Part shown: piece after piece, positions 27,633 through 37,058 of the stretch
How positions within the stretch are numbered: position 1 is the first letter of the stretch
How the letters are laid out: the number at the start of each line of letters is the position of its first letter
NCBI GenBank assembly: GCA_036570225.1
Contig: DATCPG010000331.1
Coordinates: forward strand, 1 to 47,056
Origin: Gemmatimonadaceae bacterium
Lineage (GTDB): Bacteria > Gemmatimonadota > Gemmatimonadetes > Gemmatimonadales > Gemmatimonadaceae
Direction of reading: 5' to 3'
Length of the DNA: 47,056 bases
Position numbers and translations under genes: made by a program
The notes under the pieces: generated by a model
Told to the model about the DNA's origin: nothing
The model's database searches: none
The model's input: only the letters and a program-made list of their open reading frames with translations

Positions 27633-28422
27633 CGAGTGCCTCCCTCAAGCTTCGCGTCAGACGCAGGACGGCGTCCGTGCCTTCTTCCGCCGCTCTCACT
27701 ATCGCGCTTCCCACCACAACTCCGTCCGCGAGCTCTCCCACCGCTCGCGCCTGCACCGGGGTCGAGATCCCGAAACCGACGCATATCGGCAGCGACGTCG
27801 TGGAGCGCAGTCGTGAGATCGTTTCCGGCAGCGATGCCGCGGTGTGTTCCTGCAAGCCGGTGACCCCGAGACGACTGATAAGATAAACGAACCCGGTGCC
27901 GTGACGGGCGATCTCGGCCATGCGTTCCCTGGGTGTCGTCGGAGCGACGAGCCTGATGAACGCGAGCGGACTCTCCCCAAGCCATTTCTCGCGCGCCCGA
28001 TCCGCGCCGACAGGAATATCGGTGATGAGGATTCCGCTGGCACCAGCTTCGGAGGCGCGGGTCAACGCGTTTGCGCCCGCCGCGAGGACAGGGTTGAGGT
28101 AGCTGAACAGAACGACGGGAACAGCGAGCTTCGCGCGCTCCACGAGGTCTAGAACCCGATCGTAAGTGGTTCCGTTTTCGAGCGCCCGTTGGGAGCTCGC
28201 CTGAATGATCGGCCCATCGGCGATTGGATCCGAGAAGGGGACGCCGAGCTCGATGATGTCGGCACCGCCCTCCTGCAGGGCGTGGAGAATATCGAGCGAA
28301 CGGGGAAGATCGGGATGGCCGGCGGTGACGTAACAGACGAGGGCGCGGCGGGACTCGGTGCGGAGCGCGTCGAAGCGACGCGAGATTGCGTTAGAGGAGG
28401 TAGTCGCCCGGGGTGATGCCAT
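27625..28422 (-). CDS. trpA: Tryptophan synthase alpha subunit
   Basis: YVTAGHP, IELGVPFSDPIADGPIIQ, YLNP, LVAPTT, VGFGIS, DGVVVGSA. Confidence 0.98.
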   Translation of the reverse strand: MASPRATTSSNAISRRFDALRTESRRALVCYVTAGHPDLPRSLDILHALQEGGADIIELGVPFSDPIADGPIIQASSQRALENGTTYDRVLDLVERAKLAVPVVLFSYLNPVLAAGANALTRASEAGASGILITDIPVGADRAREKWLGESPLAFIRLVAPTTPRERMAEIARHGTGFVYLISRLGVTGLQEHTAASLPETISRLRSTTSLPICVGFGISTPVQARAVGELADGVVVGSAIVRAAEEGTDAVLRLTRSLREALDG

Positions 28423-29863
28423 ACCTGTCTGGGTCCGCCGTCTTGATGATTGTGCGCGCGTATTGACCGCCCGCCTCGGGGATCGCGAGGTCTACGACGA
28501 GCGGCGGACTAATTCTGTTCCCCTGTGCGTCGCTGATAATCTTAACGATCGGCCTGGACAATGCTTCGGGATTCGGGTTGGACGCCGACACCACGGCGAG
28601 CTCGAAGGTGTCCAGCACTACGAGCGTTCCAACCGGATAAATGCCGAGAAGGTTGATGAACGCCTTGACGAGGACCGGATCGAGCCCGCGACGAGGGTTG
28701 TCGCGCATCTCCTCCAGAACGTCGGACGGTGCCAGTGCTTCAGTCTTGTAGACGCGTCGCGAAGTGGCGGCATCGTAGCCGTCTGCGATCGACACGATCT
28801 TGCTGAGCAGGCTCACCTGTCGCGGGCGGATGGACTTGGGATAGCCCGTGAGATCGATCTTCATGTGGTGTTCGTGGCAGACCGTCATCGCGCGGTACGA
28901 AAGCTCTTCCTGCTGACGCCGGAACTGGAAAAGCACCAGAACTCCGAGCCAGGGGTGCGCCGCCATCCACTTCCATTCCTCTTCGGTGAGCTCGCCCGTC
29001 TTCTGAAGGAGATCGAGTGGCACGCGCGATTTCCCGATGTCGTGCATGAGCGCTGCGAGGCCCAGCTCGTAAAGCTGGATCTTCGTCATCCCGAGACGCC
29101 GCCCCAGAGCAATCGAGAAAATGCAGACGTTCACTGAATGCGTAAACGTGTACTCGTCGTAGTCGCGGATCGCGGTGAGGCCGATCAGAGACGTCTCCTC
29201 GTTCAGCACCTGATCGACGATTCCCTGCACTACTCGCTTGATCTTTCGAATGTTCGGCGTCTTGCCGATGCGGACGGAGTTTATGACGTCCTTCGTGACC
29301 GCCACCGATTGAGAGTAGGTTCGGTTCGCGGCCGCCTTCGCTTCCTCATTGAACTCCCTGTCCGTCTGCGTCTCCGTCGGAGGATCGAGCTGGAAGGCCT
29401 CGATCTTACCGTCGGCGAGCCGACTGACGATCTCCTTGTACCTCTCAGACGGCGAGCTTTGGGTTTCTCCCCCGAGAAGCGAGAGGAGAAACGTCCAGTC
29501 TTTCGCCGATCCCTTCGGAGCGACGTGAATGGCTCCAACACCGGAAAGCTTGCACAGCGTCAGGATGTGGCCGAATGTCGCGTAGTTGCTGAGATCCAGC
29601 CTGAGCCGCGTGGAGTTGATGAAGATGAATTCGCCGGACACCCGGAATTCGAGCTCGCCTTCTTCCGCGCGGAGCTCCTCAGCGACTTGTGCGAGCTCCG
29701 CCAGCGTCTTCTGAACCGCCGTGTGCTCGAGCGGATATAGCTTGATCGCGCGCAGTGCCGCGTAGAAGGCCACCATGAAATTCCTTCCGCCACGGCGAAC
29801 ATTTGCGCCCGACTGGCGATCGCCCTCGCGCACGGACTGCGTGACTGTTCCAGCCGCGCTCAC
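28391..29863 (-). CDS. HD-GYP domain phosphodiesterase with uncharacterised N-terminal domain
   Basis: DEYTFTHSVNV, LMHDIGK, HP.LG, EHHMKIDLTGYP, ADGYDA, RRVYK, YPVGT. GTG start in a GTGA overlap. Confidence 0.9.
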   Translation of the reverse strand: MSAAGTVTQSVREGDRQSGANVRRGGRNFMVAFYAALRAIKLYPLEHTAVQKTLAELAQVAEELRAEEGELEFRVSGEFIFINSTRLRLDLSNYATFGHILTLCKLSGVGAIHVAPKGSAKDWTFLLSLLGGETQSSPSERYKEIVSRLADGKIEAFQLDPPTETQTDREFNEEAKAAANRTYSQSVAVTKDVINSVRIGKTPNIRKIKRVVQGIVDQVLNEETSLIGLTAIRDYDEYTFTHSVNVCIFSIALGRRLGMTKIQLYELGLAALMHDIGKSRVPLDLLQKTGELTEEEWKWMAAHPWLGVLVLFQFRRQQEELSYRAMTVCHEHHMKIDLTGYPKSIRPRQVSLLSKIVSIADGYDAATSRRVYKTEALAPSDVLEEMRDNPRRGLDPVLVKAFINLLGIYPVGTLVVLDTFELAVVSASNPNPEALSRPIVKIISDAQGNRISPPLVVDLAIPEAGGQYARTIIKTADPDRYGITPGDYLL

Positions 29864-31560
29864 GATGCTGATCCCCGAATCGCCCGGCTCACGGCATTCC
29901 TCACGATCACGTCCTTCTCGGCGGCCGCCTTGTTCAGCACTTCCATCGCTTTGGGCGAACCAATCTTGCCGAGCGCCATGGCCGCGCATGCGCGGAATTC
30001 GGAATCGTCGCGTTTACCCATGAAGCCCTTTGCGTGCAGAATCCCGTCGAGGAGCGTGATTCCGCCCTCGCCACACATTGCGCCGAAGGCCTCGAAGAAC
30101 GCCATCTTCTCGGTCAGGTTACTTTCGCGCAGATCTTTCCCCTTGATCGCGGCTTCGATGCGCGGGAGCGCAGCCCTTGCGTTGCGAGCGCCGATGGCCC
30201 GGACGGCGACGATCCTGACCTCGCGATCTTCGTCGATAAGCGCCCTCTCGAGCATCTGCATGGCGCCCGGCGAGCCGATCTCTGTGAGCGCTGAGACAGC
30301 CGCGACGCGCATTTCAGGCTCCCCGACAGTCAGCATCTTTCCCAGTGCCGGCACTGCCGCCGGCGATTTCAACACGGCTGCACGGCGGATCGCTTCCATC
30401 ACGACTGCTTCGTCGTCGGAGCCAATCAGACGAATGAGCTCGGCGCTGTGCGATGACGCGAGCCGGGTCGCGGCGAGCTCGAGCAGCATCTTGAGCTGTG
30501 GATTCGCGCTGCGACCGATCCAGCCAAGAACCGTCTCGAGCGCGCGCGGCTGAAGGATTCCGAACAGCTCGTCGAGCTCGAGCTGCGGGGCCCGCAGCGG
30601 TGAATCCTCGAGCGCCTGGAGGAGCTGACCCAGCGGCTTCGGGTCGCTCATCAGCTCGCCGAGCTGCGTCAGTCGCTGCTTTTGCGGCTCGAGAATCTCT
30701 GGCGCCCGAGCCGCCGTGACGCCCGCTTCGCGAAGCAGGTAGGCCGCGTTTCGATATTGCGCGCTGGAAAGGAGTATGAGCAGGAAGTAGTCTAGGAGTC
30801 CGCAGATCTCCTCGCGGACCGTCGGGTCCTTGTGGGTCTCGAAAATGTCCAGCAACGAGGCGATCACGGCGGGTCGCAAATCCGTAGAGAACTCGCGCCT
30901 GATCTCTCCCTGCAGATATTCGACTTCGCGGTCGTCGAGGAAGTAGAGCGTGGAGTCGAAGTCATCGAGACTCGCGATAGACGAATTCGTTTTCTCGAGG
31001 CCTGCCTCTGCCTGCGCGGGAGAGAGAATCTTTTCCTTCTGCTCCTCGCGCTCCATCGACTCGACGCCAGGCCCTCCTTCCGCGGTGAGGTCGACGTACT
31101 TGTACTGGAGGGTCGCAAACTCGCGCTCCCACATCAGCGTGAGAAGATCGTCGTCGTCGTCCGTGGCCTTGCGAACGCGCTGGAGAAGGTCGAAGAACGT
31201 TCCAAGCTCCTCGCCCTCGAATCCCTTCAGCATCTTCAGCTCGCGGATTCCGTCCTTGTAGAGGAGCCAGGCGATGTTGTCGCTGGTTCTCTCGTGCTCG
31301 TCGAGCACAACTCGTCCTTCCCACATGAGCTGGGTCTCGACGATCTGGATATCGATCTCTTCGGTCTTCTGCCAGATGCCCGCAAAAGCTTCGCGCACGG
31401 CTTCGAGCGACCGCGCGTGCATGGGGTTGTTGGGGAGGTAGAGCTGGTGCGCGCGGACAGCCTTGACGAACGACTTGAGGAGGTCAGTTACGAGAACCAT
31501 CGGAAACGACGGCTCGTCGAGCTCGCCCTGTGCCGTGTTTGCCGTTGCCGAAGTTGTCAT
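29860..31560 (-). CDS. HEAT/PBS-repeat protein with uncharacterised N-terminal domain
   Basis: C-terminal repeats such as [44 protein letters not shown] and [12 protein letters not shown]. Confidence 0.85.
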   Translation of the reverse strand: MTTSATANTAQGELDEPSFPMVLVTDLLKSFVKAVRAHQLYLPNNPMHARSLEAVREAFAGIWQKTEEIDIQIVETQLMWEGRVVLDEHERTSDNIAWLLYKDGIRELKMLKGFEGEELGTFFDLLQRVRKATDDDDDLLTLMWEREFATLQYKYVDLTAEGGPGVESMEREEQKEKILSPAQAEAGLEKTNSSIASLDDFDSTLYFLDDREVEYLQGEIRREFSTDLRPAVIASLLDIFETHKDPTVREEICGLLDYFLLILLSSAQYRNAAYLLREAGVTAARAPEILEPQKQRLTQLGELMSDPKPLGQLLQALEDSPLRAPQLELDELFGILQPRALETVLGWIGRSANPQLKMLLELAATRLASSHSAELIRLIGSDDEAVVMEAIRRAAVLKSPAAVPALGKMLTVGEPEMRVAAVSALTEIGSPGAMQMLERALIDEDREVRIVAVRAIGARNARAALPRIEAAIKGKDLRESNLTEKMAFFEAFGAMCGEGGITLLDGILHAKGFMGKRDDSEFRACAAMALGKIGSPKAMEVLNKAAAEKDVIVRNAVSRAIRGSAS

Positions 31561-32741
31561 TCGGGAAGAAGTCCCATCTCAGTTATCTGCGCGAGGTCCT
31601 TATCGCCCCGTCCGCTGATGCAGATCAGGAGGGCGTCTGTTGGTTTCCACCGGTCTTTGTCCTTGACGACCCAGGCGACCGCGTGTGACGTCTCCAGAGC
31701 GGGTATTATGCCTTCCAGACGACTGAGGATACCCAGACCTTCGACGGCTTCCTGGTCGGTCACGGACACGTAGAGCGCCCGACCGGTGTCCTTGAGGTGG
31801 GAGTGCTCCGGGCCTACCCCCGGGTAGTCGAGTCCCGCGGAGATGGAATGCGCGGGATGGACCTGACCGCTCTCATCCTGAAGCAGGTAGCTCAGCGAGC
31901 CGTGAAGGACCCCAGGCACGCCCCTCTGGAGTGATGCCGAATGCTCCCCGCTGTCGAGGCCCTTCCCGGCCGCCTCGACGCCGACGAGCTCGACCGACGG
32001 GTCGTCGACGAACGCGTGGAAGATGCCCATCGCGTTCGACCCGCCTCCGACGCAGGCGATGACGCTCGTGGGGAGTCGGCCAGCGGTCTCGAGCATCTGA
32101 TCCTTTGCTTCCCTGCCGATCACCGCCTGGAAGTCGCGCACCATGCGGGGATACGGCGCGGGCCCGACCACGGAGCCAATGATGTAGTAACTGTCGCCTA
32201 CATTGGTGACCCAATCGCGGATCGCTTCGCTCGTCGCATCCTTCAGCGTTCGCGTCCCGGAGCGCACGGGGACCACTTTCGCGCCCATGAGCCGCATTCG
32301 GAAGACGTTCAGCTCCTGCCGCCGCATGTCCTCCTCGCCCATGTACACAGTACAATCGAGACCGAAACGGGCACACACGGTGGCGGTGGCGACTCCGTGC
32401 TGCCCTGCGCCGGTCTCCGCGATGATCCGTCGCTTTCCCATTCGCCTGGCGAGCAGCGCCTGTCCCAAAGCGTTGTTGATCTTGTGCGCGCCAGTGTGGT
32501 TCAGATCCTCGCGCTTGAGAAAGACGGCGCAGCCAACCTCCTCCGAAAACCTCGGAGCTGTGCTTAGCGGCGACGGTCGTCCAACGTATTCCTTGAGCAG
32601 CTGGTCCAGCTCGGCGACGAACTGTTGGTCGCGCACGGCGGCATCGAACGCGACGTCCAGCTCGTCGAGCGCGGGGATAAGCGTCTCGGGCACATATCGG
32701 CCGCCGAACGCTCCAAAGCGGTGTATGGTGTCCGTCGCCAC
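31557..32741 (-). CDS. trpB: Tryptophan synthase beta subunit
   Basis: [60 protein letters not shown]. Confidence 0.99.
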   Translation of the reverse strand: MATDTIHRFGAFGGRYVPETLIPALDELDVAFDAAVRDQQFVAELDQLLKEYVGRPSPLSTAPRFSEEVGCAVFLKREDLNHTGAHKINNALGQALLARRMGKRRIIAETGAGQHGVATATVCARFGLDCTVYMGEEDMRRQELNVFRMRLMGAKVVPVRSGTRTLKDATSEAIRDWVTNVGDSYYIIGSVVGPAPYPRMVRDFQAVIGREAKDQMLETAGRLPTSVIACVGGGSNAMGIFHAFVDDPSVELVGVEAAGKGLDSGEHSASLQRGVPGVLHGSLSYLLQDESGQVHPAHSISAGLDYPGVGPEHSHLKDTGRALYVSVTDQEAVEGLGILSRLEGIIPALETSHAVAWVVKDKDRWKPTDALLICISGRGDKDLAQITEMGLLPE

Positions 32742-32742
32742 T

Positions 32743-33393
32743 TTAGTGAACTCGAGCGCCGGAAACCGCCGCGTAGAATTCGCGCATCAACCAGGGATCC
32801 TTGATCCCGGGCGCGCTCTCGACACCCGAGGAGACATCCACGACGTCCGGTGCGAGAGTCCGCACGGCCGACCCGACGTTGCCCGGTTTGAGGCCGCCGG
32901 CGAGGACGACCGCCGAGCTCCCTCTATCCCGCGCGAGATCCAACGCAAGCTCGTTCCAGGGGAGAGCTTTCCCGCTTCCGCCAAGCTGCTTTTCACTCCT
33001 CGCATCTAGCACGATCGCGTCCGCGCTGTCGAACAGCGCCTCGGCTTCATGAGGAATGTGCGCTCCCGCGATTCTGATCGCAGCCCATATCTCGCCGCCG
33101 AATTTCTCGCGGATCGCCTGCACATCGACCGTCGTCGGATCGTTGTGCAGCTGGACGACGTCCAGGTGCATCTCGTCCGCCAAGCGCGCGATTTCATCGG
33201 GGTCGTTCGTGCCAAACACTCCCACGTGTTTTGTCGTGTTGCCGGCGGATTCGAAAATTCTCTTCGCCTGTTCGAGCGTAACGCGTCGCGGCCCATCGGC
33301 GAATACAACGCCTATGTAGCTCGCGCCGATTTCCGCGCCGATCGCCGCATCCTGGGGCCGCGTCATGCCGCAGAACTTAACCTTTGCGAGCAC
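32743..33393 (-). CDS. trpF: Phosphoribosylanthranilate isomerase
   Basis: [41 protein letters not shown]. Confidence 0.97.
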   Translation of the reverse strand: MLAKVKFCGMTRPQDAAIGAEIGASYIGVVFADGPRRVTLEQAKRIFESAGNTTKHVGVFGTNDPDEIARLADEMHLDVVQLHNDPTTVDVQAIREKFGGEIWAAIRIAGAHIPHEAEALFDSADAIVLDARSEKQLGGSGKALPWNELALDLARDRGSSAVVLAGGLKPGNVGSAVRTLAPDVVDVSSGVESAPGIKDPWLMREFYAAVSGARVH

Positions 33394-34240
33394 CGGCCGT
33401 CCGCGCTACGCCCGTGAGAGTGCGAACCATGGCCCCTGGATCGGCCGAGGCCGAAAGCTCTGAACCGATCAGGACGGCATCCGCTCCGGCTGCCGCCAAC
33501 CGAGTTACATCCGTGACCGACCTTATCCCGCTCTCAGCTATGGCGACGATTTCGCGCGGGATCAGCGGCAAGAGACGAAGTGAAGTCTCGGGGTCGATCT
33601 CCAGCGTCTCGAGATTCCTGTTGTTGACGCCGATCAGCCGCGCGTCGAATGAAAGCGCGAGGTCCAGTTCTCCGGCGTCGCGCACTTCGACCAGAATCTC
33701 GATCCCGACATCAGACCCGGCCTTGATCAGCTCCTTGAGCCGCGCGGGAGGCACGGCTCGCGCGATGACGAGCGCCGCGGACGCGCCAAGTGCGCGCGCT
33801 TCAAGAATCTGAACGACCTCGACGTGGAAGTCCTTCTTGAGAAGCGGCGTCGATACTATGCCGCGCGCTCGGATCAGATCCTCGTTTGAGCCGGCAAACC
33901 GCCGTGGCTCCGTAAGGATTGAAATGGCCGCGGCTCCGCCCTTTTCGTACGCCCGAACCTGACGCTCGAGGTCGAGCCCGGAATTGATCACGCCCTTCGA
34001 CGGCGACGAGCGCTTGACCTCGGCGACAATCGCAACGTTCGGTCGCCGAAGCGCGGCTCCAAATCGCGGTGGGCTGCCCATCGCCTCGATCGCGCGGGCC
34101 AGCTCGGCCGCGCGGGGGATGAGCGTTGCCGCACGTGTGCGTGCTTCGTCCGTCAGGTCACCGAGCGTTCCTCCGGGTGGCGCCCAGGCAGAAAGAGCTT
34201 GCGCTTCGGTCGATGTTCGGCTAACGTAGGAATTCGGCAA
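33377..34240 (-). CDS. trpC: Indole-3-glycerol phosphate synthase
   Basis: AEVKRSSPSKG, ISILTE..F.GS, LKKDF, LVEV, GVNNRNL, ESGI, LIG. Start uncertain; TTG 34240 is the nearest canonical codon upstream of the conserved region. Confidence 0.95.
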   Translation of the reverse strand: MPNSYVSRTSTEAQALSAWAPPGGTLGDLTDEARTRAATLIPRAAELARAIEAMGSPPRFGAALRRPNVAIVAEVKRSSPSKGVINSGLDLERQVRAYEKGGAAAISILTEPRRFAGSNEDLIRARGIVSTPLLKKDFHVEVVQILEARALGASAALVIARAVPPARLKELIKAGSDVGIEILVEVRDAGELDLALSFDARLIGVNNRNLETLEIDPETSLRLLPLIPREIVAIAESGIRSVTDVTRLAAAGADAVLIGSELSASADPGAMVRTLTGVARTAGARKG

Positions 34241-34248
34241 ATGTTCGG
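34199..34248 (+). promoter_or_regulatory. lexA promoter with two candidate LexA operators (TTCGG-N6-TTCGG)
   Basis: TTGCGC (34199-34204), 17 nt spacer, TAACGT (34222-34227). Repeat pairs at 34205-34220 (in the spacer) and 34233-34248 (over the predicted TSS). Confidence 0.7.
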
Positions 34249-34295
34249 TAGGAAAGATCGACGGGTCCGTACTCAAACCAGCCGCGGAAAAGGAT

Positions 34296-34904
34296 ATGTC
34301 GCTCACAAAACGCCAGCGGGAGATTCTTACCTACCTCGCGAACTACTCTGAAGAGCACGGGTATGCGCCGAGCTTCGAGGAGATCGCTACGCAGTTTAAC
34401 TATAACTCCCTGGCGACAGTCCACGAACATCTCACCAATCTCGAGCGCAAGGGATACATCAAGCGCGCGTACAACGAGAGTCGTGGGATCGAGCTCGTTC
34501 CATCCGATGTGCTTCCACGGGCGATGTCCCTTCCGCTGCTCGGTACGGTAGCCGCCGGCATGCCGATCGAGGCTATCCAAATGCCCGAGACGATTGGGGT
34601 GCCCGAGGATCTGGTGCGTCGCGGCGGCAATCACTACGTCCTGCGCGTGCGCGGGAACTCCATGATCGACGAGCAGATTCGCGACGGCGATTTTGTCATC
34701 GTGAATGAGAAGAGCACGGCGGACAACGGTGAGATGGTTATCGCGCTGATCGACGGCACATCGGCAACCGTCAAGAAATTTTACCGGGAGCGCGACGGGC
34801 GCATTCGGCTCCAGCCCGCCAACGAGAGCATGAACCCGATCTACGTCCACGAGAACGACATCTCCATCCAGGGGATCGTCGTCGGGGTCTTGAGAAGGTT
34901 CTAG
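34296..34904 (+). CDS. lexA: SOS repressor LexA
   Basis: LTKRQREIL, GYAPSFEEI HTH, cleavage site VAAG, catalytic Ser (GNSM) and Lys (TVKK); SD AAAGGA. Confidence 0.98.
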   Translation: MSLTKRQREILTYLANYSEEHGYAPSFEEIATQFNYNSLATVHEHLTNLERKGYIKRAYNESRGIELVPSDVLPRAMSLPLLGTVAAGMPIEAIQMPETIGVPEDLVRRGGNHYVLRVRGNSMIDEQIRDGDFVIVNEKSTADNGEMVIALIDGTSATVKKFYRERDGRIRLQPANESMNPIYVHENDISIQGIVVGVLRRF

Positions 34905-34915
34905 AGGTCGATCTC

Positions 34916-35971
34916 TTAAGTCGTTGTCTTGACGGCTTTTGGGCTGGCCTGTCTCAAGCGGTTGAGAACTGATTTTGCCTTCCCTGAGTCGATCGATTTT
35001 TTCGCCGCGCCGACTCCGTCCGCAAACGTCTTGACCCTGCCACTCACGTAGATAGCGGCGGCCGCGTTGAGGAGTGTCGCGGCGCGCGCGCCGGCCGAAC
35101 CCTTCCCATCCAGGATCGTCACGATGATCCGCGCGTTGTCGGCCGGCTCACTCCCCGCCAGATCTTCCGGGGCGATCTTCTGGAATCCGTGCTCTTCGGG
35201 CTGGATCGTCCAACGGGTCGTCGATCCACCGCGGACCTCGACTACGTGCGTCGGCCCCAGGGGTGAGACCTCGTCCAGACCCGGCTCCCCGTAGACGACC
35301 ATCGCGTGAGTGGTGCCCAGCGCCGCGAGAGCTCCGGCGAGTATCGGTGCTCGCTCGACGTCAGAGACCCCCACCACCTGCCGGCCAGCCCGCGCCGGAT
35401 TCGCCAGGGGGCCGACGATGTTCATAACCGTCGGAATTCCAAGCTCACGCCGAACGGGCCCCACATGACGCATCGCGGGATGCATCAATGGCGCGAACAT
35501 GAAAACGATTCCTGCATCTCTCAGGGACGCTTCCATTGTCGATACCGGGACATCGATCCCTACTCCGAGCGCCTCGAGAACGTCCGCGCTCCCGCACTTC
35601 GTCGTGAACGACCGATTCCCGTGCTTCGCAATGCGAACGCCGGCTCCAGCAGCCACGATCGCGGCGACGGTGGAGATGTTGAACGTCCCGACCGCGCCCC
35701 CGCCCGTCCCGCAGGTATCCACGAGACCTTCGGGGTCGGTTGCGGAGAGAATCACCATCGCACTCCGGAGCGCCCTCACGACGCCGGCGACGACATCCAC
35801 ACTTTCGCCCGTGGCACGGAGCGCCGAGAGCAAGGCAGCAACCTGCACGGCGGTGGCCTCGCCGCGCATCACAATGTCGAATGCTGCCTGGGCGTCGTCG
35901 GCGCTCAGAGCTTCTCGGAAGGCGAGCTTATGGATCGCGCTCTGGAGCGCGTTCGGAGGCGGGACGCTCAT
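34916..35971 (-). CDS. trpD: Anthranilate phosphoribosyltransferase
   Basis: DTCGTGG, FNIST, KHGNRS, GSADVLEALG, HPAMR, GPLANP, GLDE, LNAAAA. Confidence 0.97.
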   Translation of the reverse strand: MSVPPPNALQSAIHKLAFREALSADDAQAAFDIVMRGEATAVQVAALLSALRATGESVDVVAGVVRALRSAMVILSATDPEGLVDTCGTGGGAVGTFNISTVAAIVAAGAGVRIAKHGNRSFTTKCGSADVLEALGVGIDVPVSTMEASLRDAGIVFMFAPLMHPAMRHVGPVRRELGIPTVMNIVGPLANPARAGRQVVGVSDVERAPILAGALAALGTTHAMVVYGEPGLDEVSPLGPTHVVEVRGGSTTRWTIQPEEHGFQKIAPEDLAGSEPADNARIIVTILDGKGSAGARAATLLNAAAAIYVSGRVKTFADGVGAAKKSIDSGKAKSVLNRLRQASPKAVKTTT

Positions 35972-35981
35972 TGTTGCCGGG

Positions 35982-36899
35982 TTAGAACGAGGTCGCTTGC
36001 TCTTTGGACGTAACGATCTGAAGCACCTCTTCCAGAATCTTGCGCGGCTCTCCGCGCCCCGTTGTTGCGTCCCGCAACGCCTGCTCCACCCTATAGATGA
36101 TGTTGCTCTGGGTCTGGAGAGCTTCTCCCTGTGCATGAAGCTGGACGTGCGCTTTCTCCAGTTTCGTGACGGCCACCCGCACCTGCTCCTCCACCGCGGA
36201 CAACCGCTCGGCCGTCGCCCTGGCCTCGACCGAGGCAACCTCTATGGCTCGCTTCAGCTGGGAGACGCGAATCGAATCGTTGCCTCCCTTCCCAGTCAAT
36301 GCCGATTGAGCCTCGGCGAGTTTCCGCTGCAGGTCCTGCAGCGCTCGCGCGTTTTCCTCATTGAGTGCTTTGGTGAGCTCTTCGAGGGTTCGCACGGCTT
36401 CTTCGCGTGCGCGACGCTCGGCCAATCGGGCAAAGGCCAACGAGAAGAGATCCACTGCGGGCGAGATTTTTTCCGAGAGCCGGTGGCCGAATCGTGTCTT
36501 GGGCTCCGAGAGCGCGAGAACGCCTGCGAGCTCGCCGTCGACGAGAAGTCCGCGGAGAAGCAGGACGCCGGCTTCAGGCGTAGCTCCTGTCCCGAGCAGC
36601 TTCTGGTAGTCGCCCGACTCAGTCCCGAGGTCCGCGAACTGTTTGCCGGCGCTGATCGTGCGCCTGATCGCGCTGGGGAGGTGGTCGATAGCAATCTCGA
36701 GCTGTGCCGTTCGCATGCCCTCGTGCGCGGGCATCAGGCGCTCAGCGAGCAGATCGCGGCGCGCATCGTATATGAAAAGCACGACGCTCCCGTTCCGGTC
36801 GTGCTCCGAGACGTCCTGGCTGAGCGCGTTGAGCGCCTCGGACACGTTGCCTGCCGAGGCGAGCACGGTGGACAGTGCAGCTAGAGTTCGTGGGGCCAC
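35982..36899 (-). CDS. GAF-like domain plus long coiled-coil protein
   Basis: GAF-like pattern (VLFIYD...LLLRGLLVDGELAGVLAL...DLFSLAFARL), then ~140 aa of heptad-rich helix. GTG start inferred at 36899. Confidence 0.7.
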   Translation of the reverse strand: MAPRTLAALSTVLASAGNVSEALNALSQDVSEHDRNGSVVLFIYDARRDLLAERLMPAHEGMRTAQLEIAIDHLPSAIRRTISAGKQFADLGTESGDYQKLLGTGATPEAGVLLLRGLLVDGELAGVLALSEPKTRFGHRLSEKISPAVDLFSLAFARLAERRAREEAVRTLEELTKALNEENARALQDLQRKLAEAQSALTGKGGNDSIRVSQLKRAIEVASVEARATAERLSAVEEQVRVAVTKLEKAHVQLHAQGEALQTQSNIIYRVEQALRDATTGRGEPRKILEEVLQIVTSKEQATSF

Positions 36900-36972
36900 T
36901 TGGATCCGCCGGTCATCATTAGAGTGAGCGTCTCGGAGGACTCGACAGGCGCATGCTCCGAACGGCCGTTCC

Positions 36973-37001
36973 ACATTGACCAGCCAACCAGCGAAAGTCA
37001 A
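36973..37001 (-). promoter_or_regulatory. Putative promoter for the GAF-like gene/trpD unit
   Basis: Minus strand TTGACT, 17 nt spacer, CAATGT; overlaps the inverted repeat ATTGAC-N16-GTCAAT (36975-37002). Confidence 0.4.
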
Positions 37002-37024
37002 TCATATTCAACACTTTACGTTCC

Positions 37025-37052
37025 TTGACAGTGCGTCGCGCGAGGATAATTT
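37025..37052 (+). promoter_or_regulatory. Sigma70 promoter of the truA...purL operon
   Basis: TTGACA (37025-37030), 16 nt spacer, TAATTT (37047-37052), 6 nt before the truA ATG. Confidence 0.75.
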
Positions 37053-37058
37053 CACGCG

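Noticed and set aside
35499-36884. 461-aa plus-strand ORF
   Set aside because: Antisense shadow of trpD and the GAF-like gene.
36881-36976. 31-codon uORF with two Trp codons (MWNGRS...SKWPHEL) upstream of the trpD unit, as a possible attenuator peptide
   Set aside because: The Trp codons are far apart, there is no SD or terminator/antiterminator, and its ATG overlaps the predicted -10.
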